Part shown: positions 18,354 to 27,500 of the stretch, piece after piece
Layout: every line of letters starts with the position of its first letter
Position numbering within the stretch: the stretch's first letter is position 1
NCBI GenBank assembly: GCA_964638295.1
Contig: CAZWYS010000001.1
Span: 2,144 to 66,143 of the forward strand
Length of the DNA stretch: 64,000 nucleotides
From: an uncultured Dehalococcoidaceae bacterium
GTDB lineage: Bacteria; Chloroflexota; Dehalococcoidia; Dehalococcoidales; RBG-16-60-22
Direction of reading: 5' to 3'
Made by a program: the position numbers and the translations under genes
Notes under the pieces: generated by a model
Told to the model about the DNA's origin: nothing
The model's database searches: none
What the model saw: the letters and a program-made list of their open reading frames with translations, nothing else

Positions 18354-19581
18354 GGTAAAAACTTCCAAAACCTATAAAGATAGAGCTAAAACGGCAGCCA
18401 GTAAACCAGCTGCCCTAGGTGAGGATGTAGATTTAAGCACCTATGCCAAGTCAGCCGAAGAGCAACCGTACCAAGATGACCCATCGCAACTTCCCGCTAA
18501 AACCAAAGCGCAGATGCTGGGGGCGGGAGTAATTCTGGATGACGTCAGCCAGAGGTCGGGAACTTTTATCCAGATGGATAACACCCCGATTCACAGTTCA
18601 ATCAGGCAGGACGGCATAGAAGTAATGGCCATCGGTCAGGCGCTGGAAAAATATGACTGGATGCCAGATTACTGGTGGCAGGCGGTGGCGGTGGATACTG
18701 ATAAATATACCGCCAACGTAGAGTTGAGCCAATACAGCGGCTACTTCATCAGAGCACTGCCGGGACAAAAGACGCTCCTCCCGGTACAAGCCTGCCTTTA
18801 TCTCTCAAAAGCGCGACTAGCCCAGAACGTACATAATATAATTATTGCCGAGGAAGGTTCAGAACTGCATATTATCACCGGCTGCGCCACGGCTTCCAAA
18901 GAAGAGCCGGGACTGCATATGGGAGTTTCTGAATTCTATATAAAAAGAGGAGCTAAAGTTACCTTCACCATGATACACAGCTGGAATCCTGAGGTAGCCG
19001 TCCGTCCCCGCACCGCTGCCATCGTGGAGGAGAACGGCTTGTTTTTGAGCAACTATGTGCTGATGAAGCCAGTCCGCTCGCTGCAAATGTATCCTGCCGC
19101 CAGGTGCATCGGCGAAAACGCAGTGGTCAGATACAACAGCATACTGGTGGCTGCCGAGGGCTCGTCACTGGACGTTGGTTCGCGGGCACTTCTCAATGCT
19201 AAAGGCGCCAAGACGGAAATTGTCTCACGCGCGATAACTACCGGAGGTAACATTACCGCCCGGGGCTACATAGAGGGCAATGCTCCCGAAGTGAAAGGAC
19301 ATCTTGAATGCCGGGGGTTAATCCTGCAAGGAAAAGGGACCATCCACGCCATCCCCGAACTTAGAGGCACTCTAGCCGGCATTGACCTATCGCATGAAGC
19401 GGCAGTCGGTAAAATTGCCGAGGAAGAAGTGGAATATCTGATGGCACGAGGACTGACCAGAGATGAAGCCACCGCTACCATCGTCAGGGGATTTCTGAGA
19501 GTAGATATTGAAGGACTCCCATCACTGCTCAGCACTGAACTGCAGCGGGCGGTGGAAGCCAGCGAAAAGGACGTGATGTAA
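18346..19581 (+). CDS. SufB/SufD-family Fe-S cluster scaffold protein
   Basis: 411 aa. Beta-helix region IIAEEGSELHIITGCAT..VSEFYIKRGAKVTFTMIHSW. Overlaps the sufC stop by 8 nt. Confidence 0.8.
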   Translation: MREVKTSKTYKDRAKTAASKPAALGEDVDLSTYAKSAEEQPYQDDPSQLPAKTKAQMLGAGVILDDVSQRSGTFIQMDNTPIHSSIRQDGIEVMAIGQALEKYDWMPDYWWQAVAVDTDKYTANVELSQYSGYFIRALPGQKTLLPVQACLYLSKARLAQNVHNIIIAEEGSELHIITGCATASKEEPGLHMGVSEFYIKRGAKVTFTMIHSWNPEVAVRPRTAAIVEENGLFLSNYVLMKPVRSLQMYPAARCIGENAVVRYNSILVAAEGSSLDVGSRALLNAKGAKTEIVSRAITTGGNITARGYIEGNAPEVKGHLECRGLILQGKGTIHAIPELRGTLAGIDLSHEAAVGKIAEEEVEYLMARGLTRDEATATIVRGFLRVDIEGLPSLLSTELQRAVEASEKDVM

Positions 19582-19616
19582 AGCACTTTAGCCAATAATA
19601 ATTCAGGAGGTGAAAA

Positions 19617-20459
19617 ATGGACACAGAGAAAACCATTACTTTGCTCAACAAAGACCTGCAGGATGAACATGGAGCCATTATCCAGTATCTGAACCATGCC
19701 TACGGCATGGGGGAAGGTGAGATGTCCTGCGAGATTGAGGCAGCCGCCCGGGATGAAATGCGACACCTTGACTGGCTGGCAGAGACCATAGTTGAGCTTG
19801 GCGGCACTCCCAGCCTGGAGAGAGGCACCATGCGCATGGGCGGTACGTCAGTAACCGACTGGATGAAAAACGATGTGCTATTAGAGGAAGGTGCCATAAG
19901 TCAGTATAAGGAGCACATCAAGCTTGTTGACGACCCGAAGATAAAACGACTGCTGCAGCGCATTCTTTCTGACGAGGAAGCGCATCTCGGCGATTTCGTG
20001 CACTTTGTCGAGAAGGCACAGAAAGAAGGCGCCAAAGATATAAGGGGCAGTCGTCAGGATAAGACCACACAGACACTTAACTGGGGCATTGAGCATGAGT
20101 ATACGGTCATCCTGCAGTACATGTTACATTCCTACCTAGCACGGAATGAAGAGGCCAAAGAGCAACTGGCAGACCAGGCAATCAATGAGATGCAGCATCT
20201 AGGCTGGCTTGCCGAGGAGCTGGCTGGTAGCGGCGGCAACCCCAAAATAGAGCACAGCGAGGTTGACCAGTCAACCAAACCGGCTGACCGGCTGCGAGCC
20301 GACATCAGCATTGAGAAGAAAGTAGCCAATGCTTACGACAAAGCGGCCAAGGAAACCGAAGACACAGACCTGAAGAAGCTTCTGCTCCGCATCAGGGATA
20401 ACGAACTCTATCACATTGATGTTTTCAATGACCTCCTGAAGGAAGAAGAGGAGAAATAG
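19617..20459 (+). CDS. tandem (fused) double ferritin/bacterioferritin-like domain protein
   Basis: 280 aa. Two complete E..ExxH + E..ExxH sets: LQDEHGAIIQYL..DEMRHLDW..EEAHLGDF and IEHEYTVILQYM..NEMQHLGW..NELYHIDVF. Confidence 0.7.
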   Translation: MDTEKTITLLNKDLQDEHGAIIQYLNHAYGMGEGEMSCEIEAAARDEMRHLDWLAETIVELGGTPSLERGTMRMGGTSVTDWMKNDVLLEEGAISQYKEHIKLVDDPKIKRLLQRILSDEEAHLGDFVHFVEKAQKEGAKDIRGSRQDKTTQTLNWGIEHEYTVILQYMLHSYLARNEEAKEQLADQAINEMQHLGWLAEELAGSGGNPKIEHSEVDQSTKPADRLRADISIEKKVANAYDKAAKETEDTDLKKLLLRIRDNELYHIDVFNDLLKEEEEK

Positions 20460-20493
20460 GCAAACCTGGCAGGCATAAAAGTCAGGTTTTCAA

Positions 20494-20853
20494 ATGGGTA
20501 CTATGGCTGGTTTCGTTGCAGCAGGTAAGGTTGATGAATTGCCAGATGGCGCCATGAAAAAGGTCACGGCTCAGGGGTATGAAATCCTTCTGGCCAGGGC
20601 TGGAGCTAAATACTATGCGGCCGACAATCGTTGTCCTCACCTGGGAGCAGATTTATCGCAGGGCAAACTGGAAGGAACTGTAGTTACCTGCCCCCGGCAC
20701 GGCTCCCAGTTTGACCTGACTGACGGGCGAGTGATTCGCTGGACCAACTGGTCAGGGCTGGTTTCAAAGCTGGGCAGAGTACTCAAACCACCCCGGCAAC
20801 TCACCGTTTATAAGACCAAGGTTGAAGCTGGCAGAGTCCTGATAGAAATCTAG
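20494..20853 (+). CDS. Rieske [2Fe-2S] domain protein
   Basis: 119 aa. CPHLG ... CPRHGSQF ligand boxes. Confidence 0.85.
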   Translation: MGTMAGFVAAGKVDELPDGAMKKVTAQGYEILLARAGAKYYAADNRCPHLGADLSQGKLEGTVVTCPRHGSQFDLTDGRVIRWTNWSGLVSKLGRVLKPPRQLTVYKTKVEAGRVLIEI

Positions 20854-20938
20854 TCCCGGGCAGTATTGAACAATATGGAGCCTCTGGATTTCCAGCCGCC
20901 GTTGCTTGCCAATTTATTACCGCCAAGGAGGTTATACG

Positions 20939-21400
20939 ATGCCGGACGAATTAAACGAACTACTGGACAGTGCGATATACAAAGAAATTGTTTCGCAGGC
21001 AATTTACGAAGCAGCCCAAGAGAAGACCGAAGACCCGGGCGCCAAAGCGTTACTGAAAGAACTGGCCAAGGAAGAGCTCGGGCATTCCCAGAAGCTAAAG
21101 AAGCTCAAGGAGAAAGGTTTATCAACGCAAAACTGGCACGAAGAAAAAGTGCCAGACTTAAAGGTCAGTGACTATCTAACCGGCGGCGACACAGTAGAGG
21201 GCGCCGGTCTGCAGGAAACGCTTATTTTTGCCATGAAGCGCGAGCAACAAGCAATTGAATTTTACTCCAAAATGATAAGCCTAATGAGGGATGAGTCCGC
21301 CAAACGCCTCTGCGAGAGGCTGGTCAATGAGGAACTCAAGCATAAGCTGAGATTGGAAATACTCTACGACGATATGTTTTACAGAGGACCCCGATACTAG
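20939..21400 (+). CDS. rubrerythrin/ferritin-like diiron protein
   Basis: E..EELGH and E..EELKH motifs. ATG 20939 has AAGGAGG 7 nt upstream (ORF-track start is 20906). Confidence 0.7.
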   Translation: MPDELNELLDSAIYKEIVSQAIYEAAQEKTEDPGAKALLKELAKEELGHSQKLKKLKEKGLSTQNWHEEKVPDLKVSDYLTGGDTVEGAGLQETLIFAMKREQQAIEFYSKMISLMRDESAKRLCERLVNEELKHKLRLEILYDDMFYRGPRY

Positions 21401-21469
21401 ACGTGCGGTCAATTCCTTAACCGGAGATAAAAAGTTAACCAGCAGACGCAGAGGGAGGAGACGGGTTAA

Positions 21470-22744
21470 ATGTTCAATAAAGTAATCGCCATTGTACTGA
21501 TTTTTCTAGTTATTCTCAGCGGCGGCCTCGGCTACTATTCTTACACACTAAGCCAACAGATTAACTCTCTAAACGAGCAACTGATATATTTTCACGAGAG
21601 GCAAGCAGCACAAATTGATGTCTTGAGTGATAAGATTACCACCCTGAGCGGCGAGACCATGACCAGGATTAGCAACGTGGATAGCAAAGTAGTTAAAAAC
21701 CTGACCGAGATTGATAACCTGGGAAGCAAGATAGAGGGAAATTCAGTCAAAATTGACACCCTGGGTGATGATGTAAGCAGCACCCTAGTCAAAATAGACA
21801 GCCTAGAAAATGAGATAAAAGATGTGGCCGTAATTTCCCAATCAGTAATGGACGCCCAAAAAGTTTACCAGAGAGTTAGCCAGGCTACGGTTAGAATCAG
21901 CAATGGAGTTAGAACAATCGGTTCGGGGTTTATATACGATGAAGTCCACGTAGTAACCGCCCATCACGTCGTGGATGACCTCTCCGAGATATACATAGTC
22001 TTGCCTGATGGGAGAACTTCAGCGGCAGAGGTTATCGGTAGCTGTCCTTATAGCGACGTGGCTGTCCTTAAACCCGATGATGAACTAACTATCGAGCCAT
22101 TGAAACTGGCAGACTCTGCCGTTGTAAAAATCGGAGAGCCAGTGGCTACCATTGGCAACCCAATGGAGCTTACCGAAACAATGACGACCGGCATTGTCAG
22201 CCAAAGCGACAGATACGCCGAGATAAAGCACGATTCACGAACTCGCTGGGTAGCTAACTTAATCCAGTTTGACGCGGCGGTGAATTTTGGCAATTCCGGC
22301 TGTCCTTTAGTAAACGCGGAGAGCGAGGTTATCGGAATGGTCATTGCCCGGATTGACCCGGACGAGGGGGAGGGCATCTATTATGCTGTCTCCTCAAACA
22401 AAGTTAAGCGAGTGGCCGACTCGCTTATTGCGCAAGGCTCTTTTGACTATCCCTGGGTCGGGGTTAGTATAGCCAACCTGACTCCAGAAATGGTGCAAGA
22501 AAGAGAATTAGCTACCACCAATGGGATATCGGTTGAAGGGGTTCTGGCCGATAGCCCGGCCAAGATGGCTGGAATCAAAGTTGATGATATCATAACGGCT
22601 ATTGATGGCGTGGCGATTAGAGATGTTGCTACCTTTACCTCTTACCTGGGAGAATATAAAAGCCCGGGCGAAACAGCCACCGTTACCTTAATCAGAGATG
22701 CCGCCAAACTGGAGCTAGCTATAGAGATAGGCAAGCGACCATAG
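21470..22744 (+). CDS. membrane-anchored HtrA/DegP-type trypsin-like serine protease with C-terminal PDZ domain
   Basis: 424 aa. N-terminal TM and coiled coil, catalytic HVVTAHHVV, D, and GNSGCPL serine motif. PDZ-like GVLADSPAKMAGIKVDDIITAIDG. Confidence 0.85.
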   Translation: MFNKVIAIVLIFLVILSGGLGYYSYTLSQQINSLNEQLIYFHERQAAQIDVLSDKITTLSGETMTRISNVDSKVVKNLTEIDNLGSKIEGNSVKIDTLGDDVSSTLVKIDSLENEIKDVAVISQSVMDAQKVYQRVSQATVRISNGVRTIGSGFIYDEVHVVTAHHVVDDLSEIYIVLPDGRTSAAEVIGSCPYSDVAVLKPDDELTIEPLKLADSAVVKIGEPVATIGNPMELTETMTTGIVSQSDRYAEIKHDSRTRWVANLIQFDAAVNFGNSGCPLVNAESEVIGMVIARIDPDEGEGIYYAVSSNKVKRVADSLIAQGSFDYPWVGVSIANLTPEMVQERELATTNGISVEGVLADSPAKMAGIKVDDIITAIDGVAIRDVATFTSYLGEYKSPGETATVTLIRDAAKLELAIEIGKRP

Positions 22745-22814
22745 CGAGATAGTTAACTTATTTTGCTCAAGGAAGCAAAGCGCCAATCCAGACCAGCGTT
22801 ACCGAAGGTCTATC

Positions 22815-22843
22815 TTTACAAAGTTGAGCTTTGGGTTTAAAAT
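22815..22843 (+). promoter_or_regulatory. promoter candidate for tRNA-Val
   Basis: TTTACA, 17-nt spacer, TAAAAT, ending 12 nt before the tRNA 5' end. Confidence 0.4.
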
Positions 22844-22855
22844 TAATATTACTTT

Positions 22856-22931
22856 GGGCGGTTAGCTCAGTGGTTAGAGCACCTGCTTTACACGCAGGGG
22901 GTCACTGGTTCAAGTCCAGTATCGCCCACCA
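22856..22931 (+). tRNA. tRNA-Val (anticodon TAC), CCA encoded
   Basis: Hand-folded cloverleaf: acceptor GGGCGGT/ATCGCCC, D arm GCTC/GAGC, anticodon stem CCTGC/GCAGG with loop TTTACAC, T arm ACTGG-TTCAAGT-CCAGT. Confidence 0.9.
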
Positions 22932-23012
22932 TGTGTATTCCCGTTGCTATAAAGTCTACTGAAGTTGTCAGAAATTTAGTTCTTATAGTTTCTCTTGAAT
23001 ATTTCATACAGC

Positions 23013-23354
23013 TTAGTATTCGTTTGATGCATCGAGCTTCCCGCGCCATATTTCCTCAAGTATTTTCAGGTCATCTATGAATTCATCTTGGCTTTGGCCT
23101 TCTTTTATCTCGATTGATTCAAGTATCTCAAAGGTAAACACCTTACCTCCGAATTCCTTCCAATCTTCTTGCAACTTGGGCTGAATACAAGAGCCAGTAG
23201 AGACCGAGAAATTAAAGCGGTTTTGCATCGCCTTAAGGTCCTGGGCACGGCCTAGGAGATACATCTCATTTAGACTATTGGTTATCTTATATATACCACC
23301 ACTGAATTTGCGCTGCTTGTATTCATTAACGAGTTTTTTCCTTCTGTCCATCAA
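23013..23354 (-). CDS. GIY-YIG nuclease-domain protein (small, stand-alone)
   Basis: 113 aa. GGIYKITN..NEMYLLGRAQDL fits the GIY-(10-11)-YIG spacing. Sits immediately after the tRNA in an AT-richer stretch. Confidence 0.55.
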   Translation of the reverse strand: MMDRRKKLVNEYKQRKFSGGIYKITNSLNEMYLLGRAQDLKAMQNRFNFSVSTGSCIQPKLQEDWKEFGGKVFTFEILESIEIKEGQSQDEFIDDLKILEEIWRGKLDASNEY

Positions 23355-23501
23355 AATATTCCCCTATACACTGACTACACCTAAAATAATTGGTGCCCTT
23401 CAATGCGTATGCTTGTAGAAATGTAGAACTCATGGTATGAAGAGGAATTAGAGTTCAAGACACTTTATTACATAATAACCCTTAATTAGCTATGTTATCT
23501 C

Positions 23502-23633
23502 CTACTTCTTTGGTGGTGGGTTGTTTCCTCTATCTCCACCCGACGGGTTGCCAGTTCTACTTGGCCAGTTAGGATTGCCACCTTTTCCACTTCCTTTGCC
23601 ACCACCCTTGCCTCCGCTACTACCTTTACTCAT
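23502..23633 (-). CDS. possible small Gly/Lys/Pro-rich protein (43 aa)
   Basis: My own translation: MSKGSSGGKGGGKGSGKGGNPNWPSRTGNPSGGDRGNNPPPKK. AGGAGGG SD 5 nt upstream. The low-complexity sequence could be spurious. Confidence 0.25.
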   Translation of the reverse strand: MSKGSSGGKGGGKGSGKGGNPNWPSRTGNPSGGDRGNNPPPKK

Positions 23634-23982
23634 TGTTCCCTCCTTCATATGAAGAGTAGGTGGATTCTACTTCTTGATAGGAGAATTTGTCAATAGTCAT
23701 TCAGTAAGTGCTAGAATACGTTAAGATATGGAGCAGAAAAAACATCTGGTAAGGAATGTAGCTAAACCTTCTTGGTTCGGAGATTCAATACATTATTGGC
23801 CTCCTGATGCTTTGGCATTGGCATCTATAGCCTCATCATGCTTGTGACACACTGGAGGGAGAAGCCTGCGCTCAGTAATTGACCTACCCTTCAACTCTTA
23901 ACTCAACTACAACTCTTGGTCAACATCGTGGAAGAGGTATCCTGTTTTTCATAATCTCCATTTCAAACCAGGTCTGAAATAC

Positions 23983-24024
23983 GTTACAAAAGCGTTAAAA
24001 AAGAGTTACAAAACGATTACAAAT
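23983..24024 (+). repeat. four direct GTTACAAAA-like units at an exact 11-nt period
   Basis: GTTACAAAA (23983), GTTAAAAAA (23994), GTTACAAAA (24005), GATTACAAA (24015). Lies 44-85 nt upstream of the -35 box at 24068. Confidence 0.4.
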
Positions 24025-24067
24025 TCCAGTGCAGTCGCCAGACATGGCACCAGAGGGCTACTACGAT

Positions 24068-24096
24068 TTGACAAGCCAGGCAGCGCTACTTATAAT
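24068..24096 (+). promoter_or_regulatory. consensus sigma-70-type promoter for the pilin-like cluster
   Basis: Perfect TTGACA (24068-24073), 17-nt spacer, perfect TATAAT (24091-24096), about 65 nt upstream of the first ORF. Confidence 0.55.
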
Positions 24097-24161
24097 TCGA
24101 GGCGTGTCCTATATGACATCTATACTGATGTCTAATAAGATTACTCCCCAGTAAGCAATGC

Positions 24162-24596
24162 ATGCCGGCGGGGTTGGGAGGTAGTGACACCGTGACATCG
24201 GTGGTAAGAGGAAGACGTAATTCCCTTAGAGAACAAAGCGGCATAGGTCTTATGGAAACGCTGGTGGCGCTGGCGATTCTAGGCGTCATCACCGTTACCT
24301 TTCTTAGTGGCTTGAATACGGCTTCCAAAGCGGCCTTCACCGCCGATGAGCAGACCACCGCCGAAAGTCTGGCGCAAAGTCAGATGGAATGGGCCAAACG
24401 GGCTACCTATGTAGAAGAGGCCAGCCAATATTCCCCGGCATCAATTCCCGATGGTGGTGATTATGTCAATTACTCCGTGGCAATTACCGCTGAGCCTTTA
24501 CGTGACCCGGATGATGGTATCCAGAAGATAACCGTAACGGTTAGCCATGCTGATGGAACAGTAATTGAACTGGAGAACTACAAGAGACAGCGATGA
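24162..24596 (+). CDS. type IV pilin-like / pseudopilin protein (prepilin-type N-terminal motif)
   Basis: Q-S-G|IGLMETLVALAILGVITV: Gly at -1, Glu at +5, then a hydrophobic helix. The true start may be GTG 24192 or 24201. The stop overlaps the next start (ATGA). Confidence 0.7.
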   Translation: MPAGLGGSDTVTSVVRGRRNSLREQSGIGLMETLVALAILGVITVTFLSGLNTASKAAFTADEQTTAESLAQSQMEWAKRATYVEEASQYSPASIPDGGDYVNYSVAITAEPLRDPDDGIQKITVTVSHADGTVIELENYKRQR

Positions 24597-27500
24597 AGCA
24601 AAGGGAAAGAGGTTTTACCATTCTTGAGCTTTTGGCGGTTACAGCCATCATAGCTCTGGTAGCGAATGCGGCGCTGCTGACCACATTTCATGTGCTCAGG
24701 AACAGTGATCGCAATGCGAACCAGATGACCGCCACAAGTCAGGTGCAGAACGCCGGCTACTGGATTAGCCTTGATGCCCAGAAAGCCCAGAGCGTGGAAG
24801 CGGCGTCAGCCAACGAAACAGTCGTTACCGTCTCCTGGGACCACAGCGAAGGCGGCACTCTGGAACCAGACGACAAGCTCTACTTTTCCTTCTCGGACGA
24901 CAGCGGTAGCACCTGGAGCAGCAATTTTATCGCTTTCAGTGACGACATCGGCGCTACGCCAGAACCTTTCAGCTACGTTATCCCCAATAAATATCTGACC
25001 ACGGACTTCAAGATGCGGTTCTTCGTAGCCTTTGATGCGAGTGAACGCGCCTACATTGATAATATCACGGTCGCCAATGTCACCGAGGAACTATTTTGCG
25101 ATGACTGTGGCGATATGGACAACTGGGTTAACGGCGCCAACTGGTACCCTTACTATACCTCGGAATGGGGATGGGAATTTAGAGGCGATGGTGCCGGGGG
25201 AGGACTCTGGTATAACGAAGACTGGCAATGCCGGAGGGAGATAACCATTGACCACACCAAGGTTGAGGATGTCGCCAGCCCAGAGACCACCTACGCCGAC
25301 TTCCCGGTCCTGGTGTACGCCACCGGGCTTTCGGGGGCCAAAGCCGATGGCGCCGATATCCGCTTCACGGAATCGGACGGCATCACCGAGTTGCCGAGAG
25401 AAATAGAGAGCTATTCCAGCGGCACCCTGTATGCCTGGGTAAAGGTCAATTTAACCAAAGACAGCGGTGATTCTGAAGACGATGTCATCTATATGTATTA
25501 CGGCAACGACGCGGCTACCGAGCCAGACCTGGATTCCCCCTACGGCGCCCAGAATGTCTGGGAGACTAATTACAAGGGAGTCTGGCATTTGAGCGAAGAC
25601 CCATCAGGGACAGTCCCACCAGCCGACTGGTATGATGGAGAGTGGGAATGCCGGAGGGAGATAACCATTGACCACACCAAGGTTGAGGATGTCGCCGACC
25701 CAGAGGCTACCTACGACGAATTCCCGGTCCTGGTGTGCGCCACCGGGCTTTCGGGGGTCAAAGCCGATGGCGCCGATATCCGCTTCACGGAATCGGACGG
25801 CATCACCGAGCTGTCGAGAGAAATAGAGAGCTATGCCGACGGCACCCTGTATGCCTGGGTAAAGGTCACTCTAACCAAAGACAGCAGTGATTCTGAAGAC
25901 GATTTATTTTACATGTACTACAGCAACGACGCGGCTACCGAGCCAGCCCCGGATTCCACCTACGGCGCCCAGAATGTCTGGGAGGCTAATTACAAGGGAG
26001 TCTGGCATTTGAGCGAAGACCCTACCGGCCCGCATGGCTGGTATAACCAGGACTGGCAGTACTGCAAGAAGATAACCATTGACCATGACAAAGTTGAAGC
26101 TGATTTGACTGATTTCCCGGTCTTGGTTTCCATTACCGATAGCGATTTAAGAGACCAGGCTAAATCTGACGGTTCTGATATCGTATTTACTTCTTCTGAC
26201 GGCACTACGAAATTAAAAAGAGAAATAGAAAGCTATGATGATTCAACCGGAACCCTAGTTGCCTGGGTTAAGACAGGTTTATCAGGCAGTTCTGACACGG
26301 AGCTCTACATTTATTACGGAAATTCCGGAGCTTCAGAGACAAATGATACCGATACCTGGGATACCAGCTTCAAGGGAGTCTGGCATTTACAAGAGACAAC
26401 CGGCGGTGCCAACGCCATAGAAGATTCAACATCCAACAGCAACCATGGAACCGACCAAGGAAGCCCTACTCTCGGAGCAACTGGAAAGGTTGACGGGAGC
26501 GTAGGTTTCGATGGGACTAACGACTTCATTGATGCGGGGGACCCTGCCAGCGGAAGCCTGGATTTCGGAACAGGCGCATTCACTGCATCTGCATGGATAA
26601 AAACAACGGCCACAACAGGAACGGGCGGTTCCAGAGATGATATTATTGCAAAAGGTGACCCTACATCTAGTGGTTATGCCATGAACTCACAAAATAATAA
26701 GGCAACATTCATGGTCGGAAACAATCTTGAACTTGCAGGAACAACAAGCATAAACAATGGAGCCTGGCATTACATTGTTGGAACAAGGCTTGCAGGCGGC
26801 ACAGTCTATGTCTATGTTGATGGCGTGAGTGAGAATACTGGGTCTAATACAGAAAGTGTATCTACAGCAACCAACTTCATTTTTGGAAAGCACGGCACAA
26901 AGAGCGAATCTTATTTCCCCGGCACCATAGACGAGGTCCGCGTCTCCAACACCGCAAGAAGTGCGGAATGGATTAAGACTTCTCACAATAATCAGAATGC
27001 CCCTTCTAATTTCTATAGCCTGGGAACCGAGCAGACGACAGCCGCGGAAGAAGGGATAAAAGACAGCACGTCAAATAATAATGACGGCGCCACTGGTGGC
27101 GCGATGACTTCTGGTGACCAGGTAGCGGGGCAAATTAACGGTTCCCTGGATTTTGACGGCACCGATGACTACATAAATATCCCCCGGGACAGTACCCTTG
27201 AGCCCACCACTGCGGTCACGGCCAGCACCTGGTTCTACTGGCATGACAATAATGCCAGTTACTATGGAAAAATCCTAGCCAAAACCACTAGCTCGGACAC
27301 AGCTCCCTGGATTTCCTATGTTCTTGAGCAGAATGCCGGCAACCAGCAAATCGTGGCCGCTATTAACGTCAATGGTACCGGGCATTCCACATCGGCTCAG
27401 TCTTTAACCGAAAACGAATGGCATCACCTGGTGCTGACCTGGAGTTCCGGGGACAATATCCGTTTCTACATTGACGGAACACAGGCAACAAGCACCAGTT

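Noticed and set aside
20866-21171. 101-aa Arg/Pro-rich ORF overlapping the second rubrerythrin-like gene in another frame
   Set aside because: The overlapping frame (20939-21400) has diiron ligand motifs and an AAGGAGG SD. The 101-aa frame has neither.
24086-24358. 90-aa minus-strand ORF overlapping the start of the pilin-like cluster
   Set aside because: It is antisense to the prepilin-motif ORF and to its consensus promoter region, with no SD or recognisable motif.
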